Source: a virus
Virus record (IMG/VR): IMGVR_UViG_3300037311_000355
DNA length: 64,000 nt
Reading direction: 5' to 3' (one strand)
The notes beneath the pieces were generated by a model. It saw only the letters and a list, made by a program, of their open reading frames with translations. It searched no databases and had not been told where the DNA came from. Shown here piece by piece: positions 1 through 9,784 of the stretch; within the stretch, counting starts at the first letter, position 1, and each line of letters starts with the position of its first letter. Both the position numbers and the translations under genes were made by a program.

Positions 1-301
1 TGGCGTTTAGGGTTTCCGGCGGCGTTCCGGCGGCGATGGTGAAAAACGTGCCTGCCTCACGGCTGGAGCCGTGGAGAAGCGCGGAGTCGGCAACGATGAG
101 CTGGAGGCCGTTTGCGGCGGCGCCAATGGCGCCGGTCATGTTGATTTCCAGGCCGCGGATCACGTAGCTTTCGCCGGCGCCGGTGACGACGCCCGCTAGT
201 AACTCGTCGAAATCATTGGCAACCGCGGACTCCACGGCCCTGAGATGGGGTACGTCTACGCGGGCCTGGCTGATGAAATTGAATTGTCGCCTAACGCTCA
301 T
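1..301 (-). CDS. 5' part of a virion (baseplate/tail-associated) protein running off the left edge; MSVRRQFNFISQARVDVPHLRAVESAVANDFD...
   Basis: Manual translation (not in the ORF track). ATG at 301-299, GAGG SD at 308-311, CAATCTTT motif at 321-328, open to the window edge, follows baseplate genes. Confidence 0.7.
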   Translation of the reverse strand, partial: MSVRRQFNFISQARVDVPHLRAVESAVANDFDELLAGVVTGAGESYVIRGLEINMTGAIGAAANGLQLIVADSALLHGSSREAGTFFTIAAGTPPETLNA

Positions 302-320
302 TTAAGACCTCTGACATGAT

Positions 321-328
321 AAAGATTG
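321..328 (-). promoter_or_regulatory. putative late-promoter motif CAATCTTT
   Basis: One of 13 copies of (C/T/A)AATCTT(T/A) lying 5-62 nt upstream of mostly virion-type gene starts. Confidence 0.55.
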
Positions 329-399
329 CTCTTTTGAAAAAAAGCCGCGGAGGTTATATTTAAAGCAAGGGCGCGCCAGGGCGCGCAAAAGAGGTCCTC

Positions 400-735
400 T
401 TGGGCGGAAAAGCAAAAAACGGTCGCGGTGACAGGGAATTTACTAGAGTTCAAGAATTGTCCCATGAAAACAAGAGGTTGAAAAGGGAAATTGACCGCCT
501 TCGCAAACAGCTGCGAAGACCTCAGGAATCCGAATGCGAGGACTGCCAAGACAGACGCCCGGCGCCGGAAATCGTAGAGACCAGAGGTCCGGATCGCACG
601 TGTTACAACTGTCGCGAGCACCGCCTGGTGATGATAAAATACAGCAAGGGCGCCGACCTCTGGTATATTCGCGCGTGTCCGGGGTGCAAATATAAGACCC
701 GAGGCAAGCGCTACGAGCCTGGCGTGCGTGACTAG
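400..735 (+). CDS. coiled-coil + zinc-ribbon hypothetical protein
   Basis: Heptad-like LSHENKRLKREIDRLRKQL; CxxC pairs CYNC and CPGC; fills the gap between two minus-strand genes. Confidence 0.6.
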   Translation: MGGKAKNGRGDREFTRVQELSHENKRLKREIDRLRKQLRRPQESECEDCQDRRPAPEIVETRGPDRTCYNCREHRLVMIKYSKGADLWYIRACPGCKYKTRGKRYEPGVRD

Positions 736-737
736 CG

Positions 738-1169
738 TCATTGGTTGCGGTCGAGGGGCTCAAAAGGCACCAATCCTTTGAAAGCAAAGCTCATCCGAAC
801 CACACCCTTAGTGGCGGCCTGGTGAGACTGTTGGGAAACCTTGGCTCTGGGAACGAAAAGCAAGTCCTCGCCGGTTCTGCGGTCCTGGATACGAATGGAA
901 ACGTAGGGCGCCGATAAAAGTTGGGTGACAAGCCCGCGAGCGCCGACGGCCTGCAAACCTCCGCTATGGGTGACGCGAAGACCCTGGATTTGCCCCGACA
1001 CCGAGTTCCGCCCGGGGGCGATTTCCTGGGGCAGCACGGAGTCGATGCCGTAGATTTCTGACTCCCCGTAATCCATGGACCACGACACGCTTTGTGCCTG
1101 CGGGTACAGGGTTTGGTTGATGAAAATTCTTACGTCGGCGCCTACCATTGTTACTCTGCCAGCCATCAC
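738..1169 (-). CDS. tail-tube-like protein (tube initiator / baseplate hub paralog of the tube gene at 48477)
   Basis: Aligns by eye with 48477..48926 (TMVGADVRIFINQ vs TMTGARAVISVDNQ; SIRIQDRRTGE vs TISIKDRQTGD). Confidence 0.7.
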   Translation of the reverse strand: MMAGRVTMVGADVRIFINQTLYPQAQSVSWSMDYGESEIYGIDSVLPQEIAPGRNSVSGQIQGLRVTHSGGLQAVGARGLVTQLLSAPYVSIRIQDRRTGEDLLFVPRAKVSQQSHQAATKGVVRMSFAFKGLVPFEPLDRNQ

Positions 1170-3196
1170 TCACCCCATATCCTTGTTTTGTCACTGTCCG
1201 GGGTGCCATATTTGGCCAAGCCGATGTCGTTGGGATAAATGACGGTAATCATAACCTGGATACCCGTTGCTGCCACGGCGTTGATGAGGTCTTCGGCGTA
1301 GACGCGCCCGGCAACGACGTCGGTGAGATAGAACTGGTAGTCGCTGCCGTCTTTGGCGAGTACTACGGGCGAGTTTTGCGCGACCAGGGCAACGTCGGTG
1401 TTGACACCGTGGTTGTTTTGGATGTTGTAACTGGGGTTGACAAGCAAGGAGGTCTGACTAGGCCGGGACAGGTACGGAATCGGACCTTCTTGTCTGCTGG
1501 TGCCATAGCCTAAAATCAAATGTCCGGGGGCGTCGGGGAACTGGCTTGCGTCGGCGACCCTGATTACGCGTCCCGACGACGGCGTTACCGCGGCCTGGGC
1601 AAGGGTGCCGATGTGGGAGACGGTAAACGGCTGGCTTAGGTCGTAGATATACGGTCCTAGGTTGTTTGCGCTTGTGTCGTCGGGGTTCGGGGTTTCAACG
1701 ACCACGGTCTCGGGGTCCACGCCTTGCTGAAACACGGAAACCGATAAACCGGTTACGCTTACGTTTGCGGCGTCGGTGGCGGAGCCCGGGTTTAGGTTTG
1801 CGATCCTAACCACGGAAGCCGGAGGCGGGGCAGCGCTGAAATCCGCGACGCCTGTAACTGCTGTGGCTAGGGCCTCGGCGACCTCGGATGCCGTAGAAGC
1901 CGCGCTTACGTCAACGCGAATCCCGGTTTTGCCAACAACTGCGGGGTCGTTGAGGTCGGCGCCTGTGGTGTCGAAGTACACGTAGTACTCCGTGGAGTCG
2001 AGTGCGGAGTTTAGTAGAAAATAGGATCCGTCGACGATAGACGCCTTAGGCGGGCACGTGACGTCGGTGATTTCGTTGCTGCCGTCGATGTATTGCGTTG
2101 ACGTAAACACGGGTTCGCCGTGGACGTGGGCGGCGCCCACCCTGGATCGGCGTACTACCCTGGTAGTCGCAGGTATGAACACTTCTAAAAGCCTGGCTTG
2201 TTCCTGGTACACGGCGGCGAATCGGTTTTTCGTCGAAAGCGTGTGGCGGAAGGGTTGGAAAAACAAAACCGCGTCTGCGGTGCCCTGGACGGCGATTTCT
2301 GCGCTGCCAAGCGGGTTGTCGATTTCAAAATAGGCCTCGCCGATGTCGCCGCCCTGGGCGGCTTTGACCAAAAACGTGCCGCGGTTTTCGGGTTCAAACG
2401 CAGATCCAAACACGTTTACGTAGTCGCCGGCTCTGACGCGTCCCACGAAAGGATTGCTGCCCGCGGACCAGGTAAATCTAATGGTGCTGCCGTCGGCTAC
2501 GGTTAGCGTCCACTGGGTGTCGGCGCCGTTTAGCGTGGGTCTGGGTTTGTCGAAAACGAGTTCGTTTTGCGCGCGCCCACCCCAGACGGTAACCGACGAA
2601 CTCGGCCCTCGGGTGTCGCTGATTAGAACAACATAGGCGCCGTCGCCGTCGTCTTTGGCAAACGCGCGACCGGTTTTGCCCTGACTGCGCAAGGCACGCG
2701 TGACGGCGTCGGCGACCTCTTGGGCCTTGGCGGCTGAGATGTTTTGAAAGTCCTGGGCCTCAAACACGATGTCCGCTATCGGTCCGCCATCAAAGGAAAC
2801 CCGGAGCGTGTCGCCGTCTTGTAGTTGATATGGCTCAAGATTTGCGCTATTAGACGTTGCTTGCGTCGCCTCTTCGCCAAACAAAATCGCAAGCAGGTTC
2901 ATGATAAGGTCTCGGACTTGTTTGCGATTCACGACAGCGATGCCGATTTCCCGAAACACGTCGTCGCTGAGGCCAACGGCGGCGGGCCTGATAAGCCCGT
3001 AGTCGGCGAGGCGCTGGTCTAGGTAGCGCCCCGACGCACGACTGATGTAGATCTGATCGCCGACGGCTTGCGAGTTTTCCGTCAAGTACTGCGAAGCCAC
3101 GGCAAGCGTGCGAAGCAGTTGATCCACCGCAGGCCCGCGAATGGCGGGATTCAAAAACGCGCGTAGTTTTTTATACTCGTCGTCCACGGATGCCAA
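1166..3196 (-). CDS. baseplate wedge protein, 676 aa
   Basis: Directly downstream of the baseplate J-like gene; N-terminus YLDQRLADYGLIRP...LSDDVFRE resembles tail I/gp7-like wedge starts; shares modules with the J-like protein. Confidence 0.65.
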   Translation of the reverse strand: MASVDDEYKKLRAFLNPAIRGPAVDQLLRTLAVASQYLTENSQAVGDQIYISRASGRYLDQRLADYGLIRPAAVGLSDDVFREIGIAVVNRKQVRDLIMNLLAILFGEEATQATSNSANLEPYQLQDGDTLRVSFDGGPIADIVFEAQDFQNISAAKAQEVADAVTRALRSQGKTGRAFAKDDGDGAYVVLISDTRGPSSSVTVWGGRAQNELVFDKPRPTLNGADTQWTLTVADGSTIRFTWSAGSNPFVGRVRAGDYVNVFGSAFEPENRGTFLVKAAQGGDIGEAYFEIDNPLGSAEIAVQGTADAVLFFQPFRHTLSTKNRFAAVYQEQARLLEVFIPATTRVVRRSRVGAAHVHGEPVFTSTQYIDGSNEITDVTCPPKASIVDGSYFLLNSALDSTEYYVYFDTTGADLNDPAVVGKTGIRVDVSAASTASEVAEALATAVTGVADFSAAPPPASVVRIANLNPGSATDAANVSVTGLSVSVFQQGVDPETVVVETPNPDDTSANNLGPYIYDLSQPFTVSHIGTLAQAAVTPSSGRVIRVADASQFPDAPGHLILGYGTSRQEGPIPYLSRPSQTSLLVNPSYNIQNNHGVNTDVALVAQNSPVVLAKDGSDYQFYLTDVVAGRVYAEDLINAVAATGIQVMITVIYPNDIGLAKYGTPDSDKTRIWGE

Positions 3197-3199
3197 GCG

Positions 3200-6100
3200 T
3201 TATCCTATCTGTGAAACCGTGATGTCAGCGACGGCGTCGATGATACGCGATTTTTCGTTTTGAGCGATTCTAATGGTGTCGTTTAAGCTGTTATATAACG
3301 GACTGTCAATGGCAACCGCCCTAACTCCTGGTATCGAGTTTACGACGGCAATGATGTCGGAAATTGCAATGCTTTCTCCAATAGGATTACCTTCGATTAG
3401 CGACGCCACTGAGGTCCTCACCTGTTCGACGATTTGCGAGAACGGGATTCCGGTCTCAATTCTTGCGCTAATGGAGACCTGCACCCTGCGAATCAGAGGC
3501 CCTCGAATGAAGATTTCCGCGCCAGCCGCAGATACTCCGGGATACGTGGTGTTATCTCTGGGGTCGCCGTAGACGATTCGATTCGCCTCTCCGATGAGGC
3601 CGGTATGGTAGCGGTAGCTGTCCAAGCCTTTTCTAAGTACGGTAGAAAAACTGAGTTTACCCACGGCTTCGATTACCGCGCCGGCGTCGGCGTTGATTTT
3701 TTCAAACTGATTCCTGGATTTCAGGCACACCAGGGCTCGGTTGGAGTTCGAGGGGTCCGCGCACACGTAATGGATTTGCTTGTACCCGCGATAGGGTTGG
3801 GCTTCGCGGACAAAAACGGAGTCCTCGATGTCAAAAAGGCTTTGCGGCTCCTGGGCGGCCATGGTGCCAGCGACGACGACGGTGTCGTCGTCGAGGACGT
3901 CTTCGATGAGCCAATCGGCGCGGTTTTGCGCGCCAAGAGCATCTGTGGTGATACTAAGCGTGTCGCCGGGCTGCGTGGCTTCGTATTCGAAAAACAACAG
4001 CTGGGGCCTGTGAAACTCCAGAACGTCAGAAATCGTGATCCCGGATTCCGCGACAGCGCTGGCGTTTACGGCTTCCAGGAACGCGTGCTGGCCTTGTTGG
4101 AGGATTTCCACGTCGAAGTCGCCGCTGACGCTTACGTTTGCGGCGTCGGTGCAGGGACCCAAGGCTTGGTTTTCCACGACTACGGTGTTAGCCGACGCCT
4201 GTGCGGCAAAATCGGCGACGGCATCGACGGCTGCGGCTACGGCATTTGCCACCGCTGTCGCGGAATCCGAGGACAGAACCGCGACTTGAATGCCTGTTTT
4301 GCCAACAACCATGGGGTCGCCGCCGCCGGAGTCGACGTTGAACCATACGTAGTATTCTGTGGCGTCTTCGGCAGCGTTGAGGAGGAAATATTCGCCGCTG
4401 TTAATCGCGGAGCCCGCGGGTAGCGAAAACCTTGAGATCTCCGCCTTGCCGTCCTGGGCTCGGGAAATCATAAAAGTGCCCTGATTTGCGGCGGCGAAGT
4501 CGGTTCCCGTAGTGATTTCGTCGCCCGGCCTTAGCAGAGAAAACTGCGGTTCGGTACCAACGCCGGTCCATTGTAGTCTGAAGTTGTTGTCGGAGGCCAA
4601 TACATCGAATTCCGTAGTGCCGTCGTAGGCGGTTGCCACAGGATTTGCGGGCAAGGCCACCAATTCGTCGACGCTAGACGGGTTTTCGATGTAAAAACTG
4701 TTGGCAAACCTGCGAATGACACGGAATCTGCCTTGGTTTAGAGCGTTAAAAGGGGAGGCGATGACAACGGTGTCGCCTTCGGAGACCTCGGAGTCGCAAG
4801 AGAAGTCGCCGCTGGCATATGCGGACCCCACAAGGGTCGCCGAACTCACGGAAGCCCCTGGTGCGCCGGCGTTATTGGTGTAAGACGTAGTCAGAGACGA
4901 GCTTGGCGTGTCCGCGGTCACGACTACGGTGTTGGAAACCGCCTCAGCCTCGACGCCAGGCACGGTTCCAAGCACGGCTGCCAGGTTTTGCGCGGTTTCC
5001 GCAGCTGTTACGCCTACAGCAAAGTCTAGTCCGGCTTCAAACACGTTGCCGTCGACCTCGAAGTCGTCGCCGGCGACGTCGGCGTTGTCGGTGATGGTAA
5101 ACACGGACTGCGAGAGCTGGTTGCGCCCCAGGGGATTCAGGATTCTGAGTGTTTTGCCGTCGGCGCTGCGTCCGGTTACAAGGAATCTGCCATTGTTTTG
5201 GGATTCCGTCATGTTTTGCACGTCAATGAAGTCGCCAATGGAGACTTCGTTGAAATTCATGGGGCCGGTAAGCACAAGGATTTCGAATTCCGATCCCGAG
5301 CCCACGGAATAGATGTTCAGCGTTCCCGGTGCGGTGTCGTTGAGATTTAGCGCGTGCAGGAATTGCGGCTGCGAGCCCTGGCCGTCCCAACTAACGCAGG
5401 TAAGCAAGCCTTGTTTTTCCACTTTAAAGCTTCTCAGCTGGGTTCTGACGTGGTTTCTAGGTCTGCCGAAATGCCTGCTGTCTAGGGTGCGGTTAAATAG
5501 TTGGAAAACCGAAGATCCAACAGCCGGTACGCCCGGCATCGCCGACGCAAGCGCGGTTTCGCGGATCAGCGCGGCCTTGCGCTGGGGATTTGCGGCTTGG
5601 GCGAGCACCCATTGATCGCTGTGCAGGTTTTGCGCGCTACCCGAAGACGTGGTTAACAGAGAAAAACTGTTGTCGATGGCAATCGCGGATCCGATAACAG
5701 AGGCCAGGGCTTCGTTGGCGGCGCCGCCGATGACCTGCACGCTACCTTCGCTGCCCAAAAGCTGGGTTGCGATTTGAAGCCTGCGTTCGCGGCGGCTGGC
5801 GTCGATGTCGGCGACGGTTGTGGCGCCGGTAACCGCTAGCACGTTAAGAAGCCTGCGGACCTGGTCTATGGTGGCTGGTACGAGTTTGATTTCCGTGCCG
5901 GCGTTAAACGCATAGCCGGTCGCAGACGGCAACGCAAGCGGGCGCTTAAACGTGAATTGCGGAGATCCGCCGAGATTCGAAGCCGCAATCCAGTTGATGC
6001 CGTCTTGGAGTTGGACGGAGTCGGAGGCGAAGTCGTTGTTTTCAGCGGTGCTTAGCCCAATGACGCCTGCGCCCGTGGTACCGCCATCGTCGACTAGTTC

Positions 6101-9100
6101 GGCACCTACGATGTCGGAGAGCTGGGACTGATTGACGTATTCGACGATTTCCTCAGCAGTGGTCGGCAGGGCGGCGTAGAATTGAAACACCGACGCCGAA
6201 AGCGTGGCCTTGTCGTATTCCTCAACGGCTCCTGGCGCGCGCGCGACGGAAAAACTGTTAGCGGTTGGCGTGAAGCCGATTTCTGTGCTAACGCGGTAGA
6301 CGCCGGTGTTTTCCACACTGATTTCTGAACCCTGGGCGATCCTCACGTACTCGCCTCCGGCCAGGGCGCCAAGCGCGGGTGCGGTTCCGGCGCCGGTCCA
6401 CGTAAACGTGACCTGATCCACGCCTGCTACTGGTATGTTTGGCGTAACAGTGATATCCCATTCCGTGGTGCCATCGATGGCGGTGGGAATGGCAGCCGCG
6501 CTTTGGAGTACGATTTTTACATCAACGCTGTCCGACGCCGACACAAAGTGTGAAATAGGGCTGTTGGGCGCCGACGGGTACGCGTATCCGACGGTGATTT
6601 TTTCTCCGCTGCGCCCCCAGGCGCGGCTGCGGTACAAAATCGCGTCTTCGGCGGCGGGGGGATCGAGAACCGCACGTGCCTGCATCAGCGCCTTGAAATC
6701 GGAGAAATCAAAGCTGGCGCCAAAAAACAACGAAAACGCCGTCGTTGGACCGGCGTCGGCGTCGTAGGCGTTGAAGGTGTTGGGATTGTTTGGGATCGTG
6801 GTATTGGCGACCGCGGTTCTGAAAAACGGCATTGCAAAAGTCTTATCGGTGGCGTCGCCGTCGAAAATAGCCACAACGGAATCGTTGTGGCCGAAGTCAA
6901 GTGGGTTTGCCGCGTACAGGCGATCCCCGACTCGGAGGCGCTTCACCAGATCGTCGTTTTCGATAGAAACCAAATCAGCGACGACAAGCGTGGAAACGGT
7001 GGTTTCCCTGGGTTGTAGCACGTCTTGGGAACCCTGATAGGGTTGCAACGTGCCTACGATGACGTTGGGGTCGAGACCCAAGGCTTCCCAGTCATCGGTT
7101 ACCGATACCGACGAGATGTAAGTCGACGGCGGCACCGCACTGGCCTCCGCGTCGACCTCGCTGTGGACGAAAAGCGGGAACTCGCCCTCTTGGAATCCGC
7201 TTTCCAGGAAAGCCGTTAGGCTGTCGTTGCTGTTTGCGGTTTGTGCTTCGGGAAAAAGCAGCGCCTGTCCGCTTTCGTCTGCGGTCACGCAAAGCACGGC
7301 ACCGGAGGCGTCCAGGGTAAGCGACTCCGCGACTAGGATTTCTTCGTCGATGGCGGAAAACGTGATGCCTCTGCCCTGGGCTTGGAGTTCGGCTGCGATG
7401 GCGTTGATGGTTTTAACACCGGCGCCGACGGTAAATTTTTGCGGCACCTCTGCGGTGCGCACCACTGCAAAACCCTGCTGGTAGAAAATCCCCGATTCCA
7501 CAACGGCGGCTGCAAACTCGGAAGCCGTGACCTTGATGTCTACGGTGGTGGTCGTCGACGCCGTTACGCGACCTTCTAATCGGTTTGCCGCGCTTAACTC
7601 CGCGCTCCACACGATGACGTAATCGCCGACGGCGACGTTGGAAAACGCACCCGCGACCGCGGTGGTGTATCTGATGATATCCGTTGATGGCTTGCTTACA
7701 GCAATCAGGGTGTCGCCGCTTAGGCCCGTGTTGACGATTTCCGCGTCGGCGTCGTCGACTAAAAACCACAGGTTTGCCGCCACGCCCAGGGTGAGGCTGC
7801 CGCCTAAGATGCGTTGCGCCTGCAGGCGGGCCGCGGTGTCTGCGCTGCCAGCCGTGAGTTCGTCGCCGGCGTCCAGGGGTTGGGCGAGCTTGATTTGTGC
7901 GGTGTTGCGGCTGAATTCGTAATCGGAGGCGCGACCCTGGGATTCCAGACTTTCCTGACCGCCAAACACGCCTTTGATCACGAGGTCCGAGGACGCGTCG
8001 ATGACGACGCTTGCGCGATTGCTAGCGCCTAGATTTGACACCAGGCGGATCTGTTCGCCGATAACCGAGGCCGTGACACCGGTGATTTTGGCGTTAAACA
8101 CGTTTGCCCAGCTTTCCAAGGAATTAGACGCCGACACCGACAGATACGTGCCTTCGGCGATAAAATCGGCGTCGGTGATGGTGTAGGCGATGGCGGCGGT
8201 GCCGTCTACGGCTACGATTAACGTGTCTCCGCTGGCCAGCGACGGCGACCACTCGGCTTGTCTAAGGCTGGTTACGATAGCAATGGCGCCGTCTTTGCTC
8301 AGAGGTGTCTTGTTTTTAAACAACCGCAGGGTTTCGATTTTATTTGAAGGGAATCCTACGAGTTCCGCCACACTGCGTCCGGCCTGGACGTCGGCGATTT
8401 GCAAGTCTTCGTTGTCTTCGTTCTTTGCGGCGACGACGAGTTTTAGTCCGCCCTCTGCGGTGTAGGCCTCAAAGCCGAGATCGGCGTTGGCGTTGATGCT
8501 TGCCACAAGTTCGTATGCGGTGGCGGCGCCGGCGCTGATGAAATCCTGGGCTTGAAAGATGTGCTCGCTTACGATGCCACCCACGGCAACTGCCAATCGG
8601 TCTCCGTCCTTGACGTCAAAGGGCGCGCTTAGGTTGGATTCCAGATATGCCTTGGCAACCGATGACTGCCTGCCGCCGGTTTCAAGCTGGAAGTTGGTCT
8701 CGCCGCCGAGCGCGGAGTCGACAATGAATTCCACGCCAACGCCTTGGGTTTTTTCCTCGTAACCCGTGCCGTCGTCGATGAAAAGTGTGGTTTGTCCGCC
8801 CGCGGTTACGATTTCCGCGGAAACCACGCTTGCGTTTTCGTCGGCGGGAGTTGCGCCGATGACGGCGTTTTTAACAGCGAGGCTGGTGCCCAAGCCTTTG
8901 CTGAGCCGCGCGCGTTTGATTCTGATTCTGAGTTCTTCGTCGGTTTCCACGTCTCTGCCGGTCTTGAAGGGCAGAGGGTTGGTGACGGCGGCACCGGCAA
9001 ACGGTGCTGTGCTAAAAGCCCTGATGGCGCCGATGGCTGCGTTTCCTTTGGCGCCGAGTTCTTGGGCGCTAACCGGCACGCCTGGCGCCTCGGTTTCGCC

Positions 9101-9745
9101 GTCGAGAATCGCCGCCGGTTGATCTACGGTGTAGTTGATATCTGCGTTGCCGCCGCTGCCGGGCACCTTGACAACGGTGCCGACGGGAATCGCGCGCACG
9201 CCGCCTTGGGCAAGCGTAATGGTTTCGTTGATGTTGTGAAACTTAGTCGTCGGCGAGGACAGTGTGATAACCCAAAAGCCGCCGGTTTGCGTGGCGGCGG
9301 AGTACGCGATTGGCCCCTCGACGTTTGGCGTCCCGCGCCCGATGTAAACGCTGCCCGTGGGAGGGAACTGGCTTGCGTCGCTGGCGTTTACCGACAAGCT
9401 GCCGGGGTTTACTGGCTGACCGCCGGCGTAGACCTTGGTTGAAATCTTAGCAAAACTGGTGTCGGAAAACGTCACCTGTCCCGTCGCCACCCGTGCCGGA
9501 AGCTCTCGGAGCCCCTCGTCTCTGGCGATGGTGCGGAGCCGGTCGCCGGCTGCGCGGTCCACGCTTTGGTCGCGGAGCACTTGAAACAAGTCGCCGCTGG
9601 CCCTGGCGACGGCTAATGCTACGGCCTCGGAAAACGACACCAACGCGCCTCCGGTGCCGAGGTCGTTGACCCCGGTTTCGGAGATGTATTGGTTGAGCAT
9701 TTCGCCTAAGATTTTATCGTAGGATTTCGGTTGCGGAGTCGCCAT
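3200..9745 (-). CDS. very large baseplate J-like wedge protein, 2181 aa
   Basis: N-terminal DQSVDRAAGDRLRTIA..GLRE.PARVATG.VTF and GRDVETDEELRIRI motifs; C-terminal IGESIAISDIIAVVNSIPGV.AV motif; AGGA SD. Confidence 0.8.
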   Translation of the reverse strand: MATPQPKSYDKILGEMLNQYISETGVNDLGTGGALVSFSEAVALAVARASGDLFQVLRDQSVDRAAGDRLRTIARDEGLRELPARVATGQVTFSDTSFAKISTKVYAGGQPVNPGSLSVNASDASQFPPTGSVYIGRGTPNVEGPIAYSAATQTGGFWVITLSSPTTKFHNINETITLAQGGVRAIPVGTVVKVPGSGGNADINYTVDQPAAILDGETEAPGVPVSAQELGAKGNAAIGAIRAFSTAPFAGAAVTNPLPFKTGRDVETDEELRIRIKRARLSKGLGTSLAVKNAVIGATPADENASVVSAEIVTAGGQTTLFIDDGTGYEEKTQGVGVEFIVDSALGGETNFQLETGGRQSSVAKAYLESNLSAPFDVKDGDRLAVAVGGIVSEHIFQAQDFISAGAATAYELVASINANADLGFEAYTAEGGLKLVVAAKNEDNEDLQIADVQAGRSVAELVGFPSNKIETLRLFKNKTPLSKDGAIAIVTSLRQAEWSPSLASGDTLIVAVDGTAAIAYTITDADFIAEGTYLSVSASNSLESWANVFNAKITGVTASVIGEQIRLVSNLGASNRASVVIDASSDLVIKGVFGGQESLESQGRASDYEFSRNTAQIKLAQPLDAGDELTAGSADTAARLQAQRILGGSLTLGVAANLWFLVDDADAEIVNTGLSGDTLIAVSKPSTDIIRYTTAVAGAFSNVAVGDYVIVWSAELSAANRLEGRVTASTTTTVDIKVTASEFAAAVVESGIFYQQGFAVVRTAEVPQKFTVGAGVKTINAIAAELQAQGRGITFSAIDEEILVAESLTLDASGAVLCVTADESGQALLFPEAQTANSNDSLTAFLESGFQEGEFPLFVHSEVDAEASAVPPSTYISSVSVTDDWEALGLDPNVIVGTLQPYQGSQDVLQPRETTVSTLVVADLVSIENDDLVKRLRVGDRLYAANPLDFGHNDSVVAIFDGDATDKTFAMPFFRTAVANTTIPNNPNTFNAYDADAGPTTAFSLFFGASFDFSDFKALMQARAVLDPPAAEDAILYRSRAWGRSGEKITVGYAYPSAPNSPISHFVSASDSVDVKIVLQSAAAIPTAIDGTTEWDITVTPNIPVAGVDQVTFTWTGAGTAPALGALAGGEYVRIAQGSEISVENTGVYRVSTEIGFTPTANSFSVARAPGAVEEYDKATLSASVFQFYAALPTTAEEIVEYVNQSQLSDIVGAELVDDGGTTGAGVIGLSTAENNDFASDSVQLQDGINWIAASNLGGSPQFTFKRPLALPSATGYAFNAGTEIKLVPATIDQVRRLLNVLAVTGATTVADIDASRRERRLQIATQLLGSEGSVQVIGGAANEALASVIGSAIAIDNSFSLLTTSSGSAQNLHSDQWVLAQAANPQRKAALIRETALASAMPGVPAVGSSVFQLFNRTLDSRHFGRPRNHVRTQLRSFKVEKQGLLTCVSWDGQGSQPQFLHALNLNDTAPGTLNIYSVGSGSEFEILVLTGPMNFNEVSIGDFIDVQNMTESQNNGRFLVTGRSADGKTLRILNPLGRNQLSQSVFTITDNADVAGDDFEVDGNVFEAGLDFAVGVTAAETAQNLAAVLGTVPGVEAEAVSNTVVVTADTPSSSLTTSYTNNAGAPGASVSSATLVGSAYASGDFSCDSEVSEGDTVVIASPFNALNQGRFRVIRRFANSFYIENPSSVDELVALPANPVATAYDGTTEFDVLASDNNFRLQWTGVGTEPQFSLLRPGDEITTGTDFAAANQGTFMISRAQDGKAEISRFSLPAGSAINSGEYFLLNAAEDATEYYVWFNVDSGGGDPMVVGKTGIQVAVLSSDSATAVANAVAAAVDAVADFAAQASANTVVVENQALGPCTDAANVSVSGDFDVEILQQGQHAFLEAVNASAVAESGITISDVLEFHRPQLLFFEYEATQPGDTLSITTDALGAQNRADWLIEDVLDDDTVVVAGTMAAQEPQSLFDIEDSVFVREAQPYRGYKQIHYVCADPSNSNRALVCLKSRNQFEKINADAGAVIEAVGKLSFSTVLRKGLDSYRYHTGLIGEANRIVYGDPRDNTTYPGVSAAGAEIFIRGPLIRRVQVSISARIETGIPFSQIVEQVRTSVASLIEGNPIGESIAISDIIAVVNSIPGVRAVAIDSPLYNSLNDTIRIAQNEKSRIIDAVADITVSQIG

Positions 9746-9762
9746 AGTGTTCCTATATCAAC

Positions 9763-9770
9763 AAAGATTG
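9763..9770 (-). promoter_or_regulatory. putative late-promoter motif CAATCTTT
   Basis: 17 nt upstream of the ATG at 9745. Confidence 0.55.
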
Positions 9771-9784
9771 CATTTGCGCGGTTA

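Noticed and set aside
298-741. 147-aa minus-strand ORF, and the many other antisense or overlapping ORFs in the track (e.g. 3434..4423, 18210..19496, 27665..28486, 31660..32370, 62957..63889)
   Set aside because: They are shadows of real genes on the opposite strand or in another frame, lacking SDs and recognisable motifs.
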